Of a stretch of 64,000 nt of DNA, positions 28,074 to 41,715 are shown in pieces. The notes under the pieces were generated by a model. That model did no database searches. It saw only the letters and a list, made by a program, of their open reading frames with translations, and was not told where the DNA came from. Origin of the DNA: Octopus sinensis (taxonomy: Eukaryota). The stretch is taken from positions 139,190,001 to 139,254,000 of the forward strand of contig NC_042998.1 in the NCBI RefSeq assembly GCF_006345805.1, read 5' to 3'. Each line of letters opens with the position of its first letter. Positions within the stretch are counted from its first letter, which is position 1. Made by a program: the position numbers and the translations under genes.

Positions 28074-28423
28074 CTGTGAGATAAAAAATAAATATATATT
28101 GAGTCACTAAAAGAAATTAGCTGAAGTGTGAGAATTTTAAATATTGACATATTATGAAGGGAAAGTGCTTCAGTCATTATCTTCTCAAATATATTAAAAT
28201 TACAATAAATCTATGCATGAACAGTGAAGTATGCTCCCTTGCTCCTTTATCAAACTAATATTCATTCACAAATGGAAGGATAAAAATGCTGTCATCATTA
28301 TCAACCAATAATTGTCATTGTTGTCTTACTGTTCACTTATTCATGCTTGCATAGGTTAGATGAAATTCATTGAAGCAGATCAACTACAGCAGGAGGAAAT
28401 TAAAAAAAAAAGAAGCCCGTCAT

Positions 28424-28458
<35 letters not shown>

Positions 28459-28831
28459 ACACACGCACACTTGTGTCACGTTGTCTTGACATTGTGAGAT
28501 AATTGTAAGCAAGTGTCACTGTCATACAAGCAGTGTCATTCATTTCTAATATACTATGAAAAAGTTTGGGCATGGGGAAATATTGCTTGGAAGCAGGTGA
28601 GGCTTGGTGACCAGGTGGATATCCAACTGTGGCAAATCTACTTCAATAAATTCCATTTGAAGCATGCAAACATAGAAAAGTGGATGTTAAAGGAATAATG
28701 ATAATGGTTTAGGTTATAGTATATGCTGATAAGTTTTAAAATACTCAAACATGAAACCAAAAGATTAAACACTGTTTTGAAATACTAGAAGTGGAGAATA
28801 TATTTAATAAACAATAACAGCAACAACTCAC

Positions 28832-29318
28832 CAGTGCTGTCCATATGCTCGTGTAAAATGGACAAATCCAGTGGTGGAACCATTGTTTTACGATTGTTGT
28901 TAGGAGAATAACAAGGAGAATATTTCTCATCACGCTCGCACATGTCGTCGTTTTCTTCATCCCGGGACTGACTGCTAGTTAGATGCATATCTAAGAAACC
29001 GATACGCGATTTAGGGTGTTTAGCAGCACTGTCTGTGTTCTCATCCTCTTCACAAGATGATGAGGATGTACTGGAAACATCTGCAGTGTTCGCTGATACC
29101 ATTTCCACAAGATGAGGGTGCTTTGGGTTAAATTGTACAGCATTGCAATTGTTATCTGCCGTCGAGGTGCCCATGTGTGTACGGACAGATCCCCGTATGT
29201 AGGATGTGTGCTCAGGCATTGTTGAAGAAGATTTGCTACAGTCCAGCTTAAAATAAGGTTTGTTCTGATTCTGACACCGTGTGCTACTTGAAGGACTAGA
29301 AGTTGATGACTTATGAGT
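28832..29318 (-). CDS. FAM13A: FAM13-family coding exon, 487 nt: THKSSTSS...MVPPLDLSILHEHMDST(D)
   Basis: Acceptor tctttctttcag, donor G|gtgagt, phase 0 to 1, fully open. VPPLDL resembles the IPHLDL motif of vertebrate FAM13B (recalled, not aligned). Confidence 0.92.
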
Positions 29319-31226
29319 CTGAAAGAAAGAAAAGAAAAATTTTGTTCATTTAGTTTTTATTAAAAAATGTTCAACAAGAACTGTAAATTAGACTAAAAGA
29401 TTAATTGTAAAGTTAAAATTGACAAATTAAAATATCCTTACAAGTTTCTTGCTTAATTTCTATCTTGAATAACAATTTCCAAAATATTAAAAACTTTTGT
29501 TATCATATTTCAGTTTAACATTTCAGCATTCAGATTACTCTGTCAAATGGAATGCACTATCTCATAGCTTTGAGAATCAATGATGTGATTGTTTATTGTT
29601 AGCACGACATTGTAGAGTGGGTGTGAGAGGTTAGACATGACTGATTTGAACATAAAACAGGTAGAATATTTGGGCTGGATATATCAGTTTAAATGCTAAA
29701 GTGTTAAAAAGACACAGCCTTTGTTTCAATCAATTTCAAAAATAATTTAGTAAAATAACTCAATTGGTGTCTGGAGCATAAACTGATATGAAATTTCAAC
29801 AGTTTTAATTTAGTTCACTTCAAATTATGAAGTTTGTGTCAAATAATCAGAGGCAATTTCAGGTGGTTTGGTATCAAAATGTTCAACAAAAAAAGATATG
29901 GATTATGTTTCACTCAATTTTTAGAAGATAGTAGATCATTAGTAAAATATCCAGTGAGAAATGTAAATATTGTTGACATGATTTTGAATCTTAATTCTGT
30001 TAATTCAGTTACCTCCTACAGAACTTCTGTACAATTTATATGGGGTAACAGATGGACAATATTAGGTCCTAGGTAAGAAGATCAAGCATCATATCCTTGG
30101 TTCTTTTGACTACAAGACCAAAGTATGTACGGTTATCAGAAAATAGAATAAATCTATTAAAATAAGAAATGGTGTCTTTTGTCATGAACCAAAGAATATT
30201 TTAGCCATTTTTTTTCTCTAATGATTTTGTCTCAGGGTTTGAGGCCACTGTAGTGTAAGGGACTACAAAGAAGGAAAGGAGGGGGTCCTACAAATTCAAA
30301 AACTGTCAACAGAAAGCTTAATGAAATGACTATCATAGGCCAAAGAAAAACAAAACAATGGTAATGAGTTCTGGAGAAATATTGAGGAAAGAAGCTACCT
30401 GAATAAAAAGACTTATGACTAAGGAGAAGCACAACAGAGAAATGATACATCTGAAGCAGGTGAGATGTTTCAAGATTTTGACAGAGGCTTACTAAAACCA
30501 GAAAGTTCATCAGAGCAATGACCAGAACAAATGACATAGTCAATTTATTAATATTTGAAAATTAATGCTTAAGAAATTTTTATAGGCTGAAACAACAATT
30601 ATGAGAGACATAGAGAGAGAAGGGCGGTGGTGGTGGTTGGCAAGGAGATGATAATGACTTTATGTTTCAATTATTTTTATAGTTGTGTCAGTTACACTAA
30701 AATCTAGAGATAGAAAGTGATTCTAAAGAAAAATATAAAAGGGATGTAATGGCCTCGAAAAAATTAACCTGAACAAAATAATTAAATTACATGAATGAAT
30801 GAACAAAGAAATATTAGATTGCAAAGAAATTTAAATCCTAAAATGTTTAATTAAATAATTCAATGTTTCACCAAGGAAATTTACTTAACAATAAATAAAT
30901 AAGTACACACAAACATGATTAAATAGACCCCCAAGAGACAAGTGTTGATCTATGTAAGCAAGACTTGTATAATTAAAAAAAAAAACAATAGAAAGAGTAC
31001 AGTGAACTTGCTGCAGGGAGTGAAAAATCCAGTGTTTTGAACAGAGTCCTTCTTCAGGGAAATGTTGACAGAAAACAAAAGAGAAATTTTAGTAGAGTTT
31101 AAGATTGTCTCAGTTAGAAAAACAGTCTGCTTTCTGACTTCAGTTGTTGACAAGTTCTGTAATGATACCTTTCATTCATAGTGTGAACATTTGTTTAAAA
31201 GCAAAAACACTGAATTCTTTACTTAC

Positions 31227-31341
31227 ATGATGGTCAACAGACAATGGATGTTTGAGTAAACCAGACTGAGGCAGCAAGATATTATCCATATTTGAGGACT
31301 CAAACTTGTGACAAATTGCATCAGAGTCAGGATCAGCCCAA
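31227..31341 (-). CDS. FAM13A: FAM13-family coding exon, 115 nt: WADPDSDAICHK...PLSVDHH
   Basis: Acceptor tttttcattctttttag, donor gtaagt, phase 2 to 0. Confidence 0.88.
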
Positions 31342-32460
31342 CTAAAAAGAATGAAAAACAGATTTCCAATTATTGCCATTATATGAATTTTCCTAACAAA
31401 AATAGAATAATGCAATATTGCACAGCACTAATACTATTAAAAAGTAGTAAAAATAATTCAGTTAATTTCGCTTATTTCATAGATAAGAGTTGATAAACTG
31501 GAAAACATTTTATTTTTACTGACAATGACATAAACAAAGTTATTAGATAAGCACCAACAGTAGTAACAATACAAAACTATGGAAGACTATAAGGAGGATA
31601 AATCAAATTTTTTTAATCCTATTTTACATACAAACATTTACAGTTTTCACTTTGCAAATTAAATCTGTAATGTACGTATGTATTTCAACTTAATTAAAAT
31701 CCCAACAATTGATAATTCAATTATGCAATGTTATAACACTAAATTCAATTAAAGTGCTGCTACACAGCAGCTAAAGCTGCTAGATACAGTTACCAGACAT
31801 CCCTCAAATCGCTCTCTATTGACTTGAAAAAGAGGGAACAAAACACCAATGTCATTCTGGATTCTCTTAAAAAACAGGATGGTCACAGCTAGAATATCTC
31901 TAATCATAGCTGTGAGAAATTAAGGCTGACCTGGGACAAAAAAACAACAGCAGGTATCTTTCTATACTTTCTGCTCTTCTGAATTATCAAGTTACATACA
32001 ACCTCCATTGAAGCCCACTTGATGCACCCTCTTTCTCTCCACTCATCTCCACCTACTCCAAACCCTGTGTTTGGTGCACCAAACACTCCCTGCTCCCAAT
32101 TGTCCCTGCTCGAAACTAAAGCTCCCTGCTAGAACCCACTCTTTAAACAGGTTTTAAACTGAAATATAAATCTTCAAAGGTTCAAACAAAATATCAAGCT
32201 CATCAATGTCATTACTTTGGTGAGGAAGCAGGTTCAACATAGGTGACAGGCACTACCCCTCCTTGTCTCATTTGAAATATCTTTATAGTAATATCAAGAA
32301 CTGTTGGATACCTGTTATTTGCTTTAAAATAAAACTGAAATTCAAGAAACATCAACAAACCATTTAGAATTCATCTCAAAGCTAGACGAAACAACATTAC
32401 ATAATAATTAAGCAGCAATAATTTCTTGAAACTTGTAGTTAAAAATATAAAATGGCTTAC

Positions 32461-32585
32461 CATTCGATAGTTCCATGCCGAGGACTGTAATGTGGTTGTT
32501 GAGTTTCATTTATGTTTTTCATTTGGTTAGCCACAGTTGAATGCTGTAGAGGTCGTCTACTTTTAGGGCTCACAATATCTTCTCC
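32461..32585 (-). CDS. FAM13A: FAM13-family coding exon, 125 nt: GEDIVSPKSRR...SPRHGTIE(C)
   Basis: Acceptor atatttccag, donor TG|gtaagc, phase 0 to 2. Confidence 0.88.
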
Positions 32586-32907
32586 CTGGAAATATATTTT
32601 GTTTAGTTTAATAAAGGATATAATATGGGATAGCTTTAAGTCAAACATGGCATCCTGTCTAATACTCAAGTAATTCCACTAATCTACCACTGTGGAGATG
32701 ATGTTTTATTTAATCAACTCCAAAAGGAGAGAAGGCAAAATTGACTTCAGATCATTGAATGCTGGAATAAATGCAGCAAGACATCTAGTCCAACACTATA
32801 AAGACTGCTTTTCAAATGAAAAATTATTCAACTCAACTTGCTTTTGAAATAATGTAACATTTTGTCCAGTGATATCTCTATTTCCTCCAATAAATATTAA
32901 TCAATGT

Positions 32908-32939
<32 letters not shown>

Positions 32940-33349
32940 TTTGGTATGGCTGCTTTTGTATATGTGGAATGGTGTTATAACACATCCTTTTGATATACAT
33001 ACATACACACACACACATACACATCCCTTATGTTAGGGATACCTCAGGTTATGTGATTTCAAGCTTACAGAAACTGAAAAGTATAACTATTGATTTCAGG
33101 ATACTGTCTGTAATTTCGCTCTTACAGAAGTTCGTATTGCATAGTTTTAAATTGTTAAAAATTTTAAATTATACGTTCTTCTTAGCTCAATGTATAAGGA
33201 ATAAGACAACTTTCTGCTCTCACAAAGCAAATTTTTCCTGGATTAGTTATTTTAACCACTTATTTGTTGTGGATAATTAATCATGGCTGCTGTTGGATTT
33301 GCCTTCAATTTAAGATGTCAGGAAAGAAACTATCAAGTAGACCTGAAGG

Positions 33350-33690
33350 CAGTAGTGTGAAAAGGAACCATAAAGGGATTACGTTGGATACTAAACTTGA
33401 TGTTTAGAAAAGACTTGATGCAGAAGTAAAATTAAGTTGGCCAAAACATGAAGTTTTGCAATGTCTACAGTGGGAACAATATGTGACAACAGAGAAAATT
33501 ATACCAAGCGCTTAAGAAGCTATTTCATTAATCATCCAGACCTTATTTTTCCATAGATCTAATGTAATGCTTAAAATGGAACAGTTCTTGAGTGTATGGA
33601 TCAAATATCAGAATCAGCATAATGTGCTGATAATCATGACATTAATTCACAAAAGAGCCAAAAAATTTATATGCAAATTTTGGCTGATAA
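33350..33690 (+). mobile_element. Tigger/pogo-like transposase N-terminal (CENP-B-type HTH) relic
   Basis: KRNHKGITLDTKLDV and MEQFLSVWIKYQNQHNV...IHKRAK resemble the Tigger psq-type and CENP-B HTH segments; the copy is degenerate. Confidence 0.6.
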
Positions 33691-34432
33691 TGACTGCAAT
33701 CACAAATGTACCATCAAAATTACAAGAGGAGTTTACAATGAGCTCATTTCCTATACTGAGCTATACAAAACAAAGAAATAATGCATCATAAACAACAAAC
33801 AACTTTGGATAAGTTCTTCACCCATCAAACTGATGTTGGTGATAATGAACTATAAGATGGTAAATATTGTCTCTCATCCTCCTAGTAATGCTCATTCCAC
33901 CACCTCCCCTCACACAGTAGCCAACATCTTTTGTGGTTAAGAATATACTTTTACAATATTACAATTCTTATTAATTCCCTAACTTATTCCTCTTAAAATG
34001 CTTTTGTGTTTTTATATATATTGTAATATGTGTGTTTAAAAATAGTTCTTTTCATGTATAAAAAGTGATCATGTATATTCTCTCGCTTTCTTCTGCTTCT
34101 TTTGTTTGTTTCTTTTAAAAAAGTTCGTAGGAACACAATCTCACTTGATAATATGAAAATGAATAGAAAAATTAATTTCACTTAAAGGAATTTCTCGTGT
34201 GCATGTGTGTGCGTGTTCTTTTGCTTCTTTCTGACTGCAGCCATGCTGGAGTACCACCTTAAAGAGTTTTAGTCGAGTGAATCAACCCCAGAACTTAATC
34301 TTTGTAAGCCTAGAACTTATTCCATTAGTCTCTTTTGCCGAACCATTATATTACAGGAACATAAACACACCAGCATCAGTTGTCAAGCAATGGTAGGGGG
34401 GGCAAACACAGATACATTAATATATATACATA

Positions 34433-35637
34433 CAGGGTGCAGTGAATAAATTGTCTAAATTACGCAAAAATGAAAATAACACTGACATCTCATTTTAACA
34501 GATATATTTACCAAAATTACACAAAAATATTTTGAAATACTAAAGAGTAAATTTATTCAATAAAATTGCCATTGGCTTCAACCACAGCCTCCAGATGACT
34601 TTGGAAATTCCTGCAACTCTTCTGGGCGTTAGCCTTGTTTAATTCAGTTCAAGGGGGTTGCAGTCTGGGGAGTTAGGTGACCAGATGTTAGGGGTCATGT
34701 GGTTGCAGAAATTGTCTGACAGTCATGACTGGATACCCCTGCTTGTGTTGCATGATTCAGAGTTCAGTTGTGAAGCATAGAGTCTTCCAGCAGCCACCCT
34801 CTTGACCCAGGGCAGCACTACCTCCTCCAGGCACTTGACATCGGCCCAAGTGTTGAGTCTGAGTCTGTGTGGTAAGATGAATAGAGGCATAATGTTGCCA
34901 TCAATAATGATCACTCCAAACACCATAATATTGACTGGATGCTTGATTTTTATCACTCTTGGGACATGTTTGGGGGACATGGCAAGCCAACAGTTGTTCT
35001 GTGTGTTTACTATCTGATCCTGGCAGAAATTTTTCTCGTCTGAGAAAATCTGAAGAATGTTCAGTTGGAGGGGATGCTTGAGTTTGTTCAAAAGCTTCAT
35101 AGCACAGTTTTTCCTTTTGTCCTTGATGGATTAGGATAAAAATTGACCCTTTCTCATCTTGTATGAGAAATACCAAATGCCTTCATGCACTACCTGCTGA
35201 TAAGAAATTCAGACACTCTCATGTCCCTGGCAATGGACCTGATTGACTTAGATTGTTGTCAATCATGGCCTAGATCTCACCAACAAATTCAGGAGTTCTT
35301 TTCTTATCAGAATGATCAGAGTGAGTTTTCCAAACTGCCATACCTTCATAATTACCATCAGACTCATCCAACTTGCTCCGAATCCTCTGCACTATCCTCA
35401 GATTGACACCAAAACACTCTGAAATGTTCATATTGGAGCTTCCGTTATGAATGCCAAGTGGTACAGCATGTCATTTCCAAATTTCTGGCAGAGTGAATTG
35501 TGTCATGGTGCTGTTTTTCTCATAGACAGTGCTCAACTGACCCTACTATACTGTGTAGTCAACAAAACCAAAAACAAACAATGCGTTTGCATGAAATTAA
35601 AAATATAAAACAGCAACAATTTACCCATTGCACCCTG
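34433..35637 (-). mobile_element. Defective maT/Tc1-like (probably DD37D) transposon
   Basis: TA-CAGGGTGCA... TIRs at both ends. FSDEKNF, MVFGVI and LEEVVLPWVK motifs, with frameshifts. Confidence 0.9.
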
Positions 35638-37363
35638 TATGAGTGAGTGTGTGTGTGTGTGTATATATATAAAGACACGCACACATACACATCTTTTAGT
35701 TTTAGTTTCTGTCAATCCCCTCACAAGGCTTTGGTTGGCCCAAGGCTATAGAAGACATTTGCCCAAAGTGCCACACATAGGGACTGAATCTGAAACCATG
35801 TAGTTGGAAAGCAAGCTTCTTACCACACAGTCATGCCTACACACACACACATATAAAGATTAGACAGATAAGTCACAGTTAAAGTAAATATATTGATTAC
35901 AATATTTTAAACTTGAATGAAACTAATTCCTAAATGAAAAATTAGATAGCATAAGAAAGAAAGAAAAGAAGGAAGGAAGGAAAAGGACAAAGGAAGGAAG
36001 AGGAAAAAAAGGAAGAAAGAAAAAAGAAAGAAAGAGAGAGAGAGAGAAAGAAAGATAATTATTAAAAAAAACAATTTTAATCATATATAATTGTTGTGTA
36101 GAATTCAAATCCATGCCAGTCAGTACATATTTCAAAGAAACAAGCTATGTCAGTTTCTTGGTAAATTTGTATGAACTTGTGGAACATACTATGGCTTCCT
36201 AATAATTTAACCAATTTAAACGGTTATGTATGTAACTATTGAAAAATTCAACAATAATAGGTAAATTGAGTATATGATTAGAACAATATGATACCTAACG
36301 ATGGATGAAGATGGAAATTGAAGCATTCTAAAGATTGTGATTTTCCAAAACCTAACAAGTGAGGTTAACCATCAACAGTCAGTTTATCATCATTAAGAAT
36401 AAAGAAATTTGCTAAATACTGAAAATTTTCGCTGAAATTATTTTATGTAAATAATTTGGTATATGTATAATTGCTTGTTTAACACATGAGAGAAGTGATT
36501 TGCTTTCAAAAATAAATAGAAATAATGTGTTTGCATGTGTTCTCTATCATTCAATTTTATTTATGTACAATTCGAAGATTCATAAAGATTGAACATTTGC
36601 GCGCAATTTTTAGTGCGGTTCTTCTTCAAACAATACTCAATCAACTGTAATGTCAGTGTGGTAATTATTTTCAAGATAGAGCAAAACATATTAATATTCC
36701 TGGCTTAACCTTTTAGCATTTAAACTGACCATATCAGACCCAAAAATTCTGTTTTATGTCCAAACTGCCAGATCTGGCATTGTAAAAATAAATAATCACA
36801 TCATAGAAATCTCAAAGCAATGAGATAATGTATGATTAATTCAAAACAATATAGGTAAATAAGAGTAATCTGTTAAATGTAATGAGAAAAAAATGACGGT
36901 GGCTGGTTTTGAATTTGCAACAAAAATTCAATATTACAACCTTTCAACAAAACTATTGTTTCTAAATTTGTCTTTAATATGATAAATTCCTTATAAATTA
37001 ACTTTTGATTTTTTAAAATTATAAATCTGTATACTCCATGTTAAACTTAGACATTGATGAATACATTGTTACTGAATTACTTTTAACAAACGTGCTGTTG
37101 TATAGAGTAACAATTAACTTCTACTTTTCAACCTCTAAAGAGAACTCAATTCATATGAGAGCAAGACATTACCCAAATATGGAAGAGCAACTCTATTTTT
37201 GAAGAGAAATAATTGAAGTGCATGAAGATGGAAAGGATAATATAAGAAAATAAAGGTTCCACACAGAGACAGAAATACCAAGATAGTGTGTATGCCTGTG
37301 CGTGTGTGTGTGTGCGAATATATAACAGTAATAGTTTAGAGAGCAATAAATAAAACAACTTAC

Positions 37364-37478
37364 CTGTATTCCAATACTGGAACCACTGATTTCATTTGCT
37401 GTTCTGGTGCATTTGGTTTTCTGGCGCTTTGGATCAATAACTGATGACTTGTTTAAATCGAAAGCATGGTCAGGACTC
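37364..37478 (-). CDS. FAM13A: FAM13-family coding exon, 115 nt: SPDHAFDLNK...GSSIGIQ
   Basis: Acceptor gttactatccag, donor CAG|gtaagt, phase 2 to 0, within ORF 37193..37567. Confidence 0.88.
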
Positions 37479-38159
37479 CTGGATAGTAACAAGTAATAAT
37501 AATTTTTTTTTTCCTTTTGGCTTTTTTTTTTTTTTTTTATAATTTTGAATGTCAAAAATAAGAGCATCTGTATTTATAGCAATAATTCAGAATTGAAAAT
37601 GTCAGTGTACATTTACAGAAAATTAGTGTAAGAGCCAAAAAACAGAACAAAATAGAAAAAAAAATTTCTATCGATCCAGACCATTTCCACCAAGATTTTC
37701 AAGTATTCAATGTAAATGTTGTTATGAATGACAAACAAATAACAAAACCTGTTGCTTTTTTTTTTTTTTTTTTTCAAAATTTCATAGTGAATGAATAAAT
37801 AACTTTTTTCATAGATGGTTTGCTTTTTTTAAATAAAATATATTTATAAAATATATTTGTACACATATATACTTAAATAGAGTCTATATTTAAACTGCCT
37901 TACTTTTGAATAAGATATATATTTTTTTTTCTTCATTTAAAAATTAATTGGAGTACATGTTTTTAGAATTAAAACAAGACATCACTCATTTAAACAAATT
38001 TAGCTTATCATAGAAAAACCTAGCTACTAGTGTGTGTATAAAAGTAAAATTTCCAGAGCAGATAAAGAAACTAACAGATGCATTCTAAATTCATAATCAC
38101 ATAAAATGCAGCACTTTGCAACTAATTGTTATACACCTGGGCACTATTTACAATAAGCT

Positions 38160-39310
38160 TGTCATTATTATTATTAGAGCAATGAGTTAACAGAATCAAT
38201 AGCATGGTAGGCAAAATGCTTAATGGTATTTCTAGACTCATGTTTTGTGTCCAAATATCCCCAAGGTCAACTTTGCCTTTCATCTGGAGTCAATAAAATA
38301 AAGTATCCAAATACTAGGTTGATGGTACTGACTAACTTTCTCTCTTTGAAATTGCTGACCTTGTGCCAAAATTTGAAATGATTATTATTCTTTCAAAACA
38401 GTGAACTGGCAAATCATTAGCAAGCTGGGCAAAATGTATAGCAGCATTTTGTCCATCTTTACATTCTGAGTTTAAAATCTGCCAAGGTAGACTTTGCCTT
38501 TCAGCCTTTCAGCATCGATAAATTAAGTACCAATGAAACACTGGAGATGATGTAATCAACTGGTCCCACTCCTACAAAATTTCAGGCCTTTTACCTTTAG
38601 TAGAAAGGATTATTATCATTATTAAGGAGATGAGCTGGGAGAATCATTAGCACATCAGGCAACATGCTTAATGGCATTTAATCCATCTTTATGTTCCAAG
38701 TTCAAATGCTGCTAAGGTTGATTTTCTCTTTCATCCTTACAAGGTTGTTAAAATAAGTACCAGATGAACACTGGGGGTCGATCTAATTGACTTAGCCCCT
38801 CCCCTGAAATTGCTGGCCTTGTGACTTCGTCGTCGTCATCATCAAGGTGGTAAGCTGGCAGAGCTGTTAGCACACCAGACAACATGCTTAGCAGCATTAC
38901 ATTCTGAGTTCAAATTTTGCCAACATTGACTTTGCCTTTCATCCTTTTAGGGTCACTGAAATAAGTACCAGTTGATGGAATTAATTATATCAACTTACAT
39001 GCCTCCCCCAAAACTGGTAACCTTTTGCCAAAATTTGAATCCATTACTATTATTATTTATGGCAGCAAACTGGCAGAAGTGTTACTGCACTGGACAAAAT
39101 GGTCAGTGGCATTTCTTCCAACTTTACATTCAGAATTTAGATGCTGCCAAGGTCAACATTGCCTTTCATACTTTAAGGGTCGATAAAATCAGCACCAGCA
39201 GAACACTGGGGTTGTTGTAGTCGACTTCCTCTCCCCTAAAACTGCTTACCTTGTATCTAAACCTGAAACCATTATTATTGTTATTATTTTAATTTATTAT
39301 TATTATTATT
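38160..39310 (+). mobile_element. Head-to-tail array of about 5 SINEs of the same family as 26.4-27.8 kb, in opposite orientation
   Basis: Units gagctggcagaat..ttagca..aaatgctta..gagttcaaat..actttgcctttcatcc..aaataagtacc, mostly separated by (ATT)n. Confidence 0.88.
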
Positions 39311-39870
39311 ATGATAGAGTAACACATGCCATCAAAGTGTTACTGGGATACAAGTATACGAGGCTCAATATACCCATCAAGATTACCCATCAGATAAGGG
39401 TACACCAGGCACATGCATCACAACCATATGTGCATGGCATGATCTTATATCACGATAAACAGTACATGACCTAGCAGGTGGGGCCCAGTTACAATTTTCT
39501 TCGGGTCAAGTAGCCCATCCTACTCAAAAGGTCCCTGAATAAGGATTGATTAAGGATGTTGAACAAAACACCCATGTTTCCACAGGTGAATTATTCAAAC
39601 TCCAAAGAATTCCTCTCAACACATGGCTATGATGCTCCCCACTACTACTTCTGCTCGAGATCAGAGATGCACATATCGTCAGCCACTAAGGGACATGCTC
39701 AACTGATTAAGGTAAAAAAACTGACATGCAAATCTGTGGTATTGAGTAGAATATTTGTTGTAGCCCATTTTCTACATCATGGCAAAACATGCACATGATA
39801 ACACTTCTAATCAGGTAAGATCAGAATCCATGAGAACCAGTGCCTGGTTTTGCATCAGGGCATTTATTAT
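39311..39870. repeat. Unclassified interspersed element of about 560 bp between TTA runs
   Basis: GC-richer block bounded by (TTA)n on both sides, with no recognisable protein motif. Confidence 0.4.
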
Positions 39871-39877
39871 TACAACA

Positions 39878-40195
39878 ACCTTAACGAAGGCAGAGGTATT
39901 GTTTTCAGTCGTGTTTGTTTGTTTGTTAGTTTGTCCGTGGACAAAATATCTCAAGAACCGCTGGATGGATTTGGATTTTGGGATCAATCCAGTACCAGAC
40001 AAGGATTCTGGATTATTTTTCCGTTTATTTTACTTAATATTTGAGAGTGGTTGGGTTCATTTTTAGTATTCTCATTTGTGAGAGCAGTCGAGTTCATTTC
40101 AGATATTCTTATTTTAAAAATTAGCTCCGGCTAATTGTTGAGAGGACATTGGTGTTGCCTTGGCAGAGGTTTTCACTCTCTGAGTGCTCTTGTTT
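39878..40195 (+). mobile_element. Helentron-associated non-autonomous element (HINE/DINE-1-like)
   Basis: 5' ggcagaggtattgttttc followed by a (GTTT)n tract, and a 3' ggcagagg...cactctctgagtg hairpin then cttgttt. This matches the DINE-1/HINE layout. Confidence 0.55.
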
Positions 40196-41110
40196 ATAAT
40201 AATAATTATTATTCAACATTTGATAGTTTCAGGCAAATTTCTACTCCATCACTTGCTACACCTCTACCTTACTAAGGTGTGTGCAGCATTGTGTGTTCTT
40301 TTTCGTTGTTGGAGAGTGCAAACTTTTCCCAGTATTGTATTGCATCAGTTTGTTTTGTTATAGAGTTTGGTTGCAGTCTTTTGTTGTATTAGTGTTTGTA
40401 TAGTGTGTTGTGTGTGTAATGTAAGTTGTGTTCTTCTGTTGAGTATTTGGCCTACAGTGTACATGTTGTGAGGGTTGTTTATTTTATTGGATATTTAATG
40501 TACAGAGTGTGCCTTGTGTTTGCAGGTTGTTTTATTTGGATCATCATCATCATCATTTAGCGTCCACTTTCCATGCTAGCATGGGTTGGACGGTTCAACT
40601 GGGGTCTGGGAAGCTAGAAGGCTGCACCAGGCCCAGTCTGATCTGGCAATGTTTCTACGGCTGGATGCCCTTCCTAACGCCAACCACTCCGTGAGTGTAG
40701 TGGGTGCTTTTTACGTGCCACCGGTACAGGTGCCAGACGGGGCTGGCAAACGGCCCCAGCCGAATGGTGCTTTTTACGTGCCACCGGCACGGGGCCAGGC
40801 GAGGACGTGGGCTGTTCCTAGTAGGGTTATTTTTTGGAAAATGTGTAGTGTGTTGTTATTACTAATACTACTACTACTTTGTGAGACTAAATATTATTAT
40901 CTCTTCTAAGTTCTACGTCATTAAAATAAATCAAACAACTTATATTTCTGACAGCTAAAGTTAAAATTTAATACCATATCATATAAAAAAATTACTTAAT
41001 TCAAAAAAACACTAGTTAAAGCAACTGAACTGCAAGTAATTTACTGAGAGAAGAATTAGAACTACTCAAACACAAAAGATAAAAGTGGGTTATTCTAAAA
41101 AGGAACTTAC

Positions 41111-41165
41111 TTTCTGTCAGTTTTCTTCACATCAAGAACTCTTCCACTGCTGCTTGAGTTTGAAT
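41111..41165 (-). CDS. FAM13A: FAM13-family coding exon, 55 nt: SNSSSSGRVLDVKKTDR(K)
   Basis: Acceptor ttcttttgtcgtcttgaatttcag, donor gtaagt. Only the phase-1 frame is open; the phase-2 end fits exon 37478. Confidence 0.8.
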
Positions 41166-41375
41166 CTGAAATTCAAGACGACAAAAGAAATAAGGTGAAA
41201 GATTATCTATAGGGATCTTATAATTGTTCATCACCACCACTACCACCAGCATTTCAAAATGTCATTAAAAAATGTCACAGTTAAAACGTAATATATAACC
41301 TCATTTAACCCTTTAGCATTCAGGTTACTCTATCAAATATAATGCCTATTTATTCATACTGTTTTGAATTAATCC

Positions 41376-41715
41376 GGCATGGCTATGTGGTAAGAAGCTT
41401 GCTTCCCAACAACATGGTTCCGGGTTCAGTCCCACTACGTGGCACCTTGGGCAAGTGTTTTCTACTATAGCCCCGGGCTGACCAAAGCCTTGTGAATGGA
41501 TTTGGTGGATGTAAAGAAAGAAGCTCAGCACATGTGCATGTGTGTTTGCATCAGTGTCCCCCCACCCACCCACTGCTTGACAACTGGCATTGGTGTGTTT
41601 GGGCCCCCATAACTTAACCATTTGACAAAAGAAACCGATAGAATAAGTACCAGGTTTTGAAAAAAAAGCACTATGGTTGAGTCTAATGACTGAAACAAGT
41701 AAAAGAATAAAAGAA
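41376..41715 (+). mobile_element. tRNA-derived SINE with CORE-like ccttgggcaagt and an internal microsatellite (other copies at about 34220-35835, 42410-42800, 47020-47680, 50035-50180, 50718-51130)
   Basis: A/B-box-like head ggctatgtggtaagaag...gggttcagtccc. This copy is inserted into a MITE copy. Confidence 0.8.

Noticed and set aside
41376-41445. tRNA-like sequence
   Set aside because: It is a SINE head. No complete cloverleaf is evident and it continues into the SINE body.
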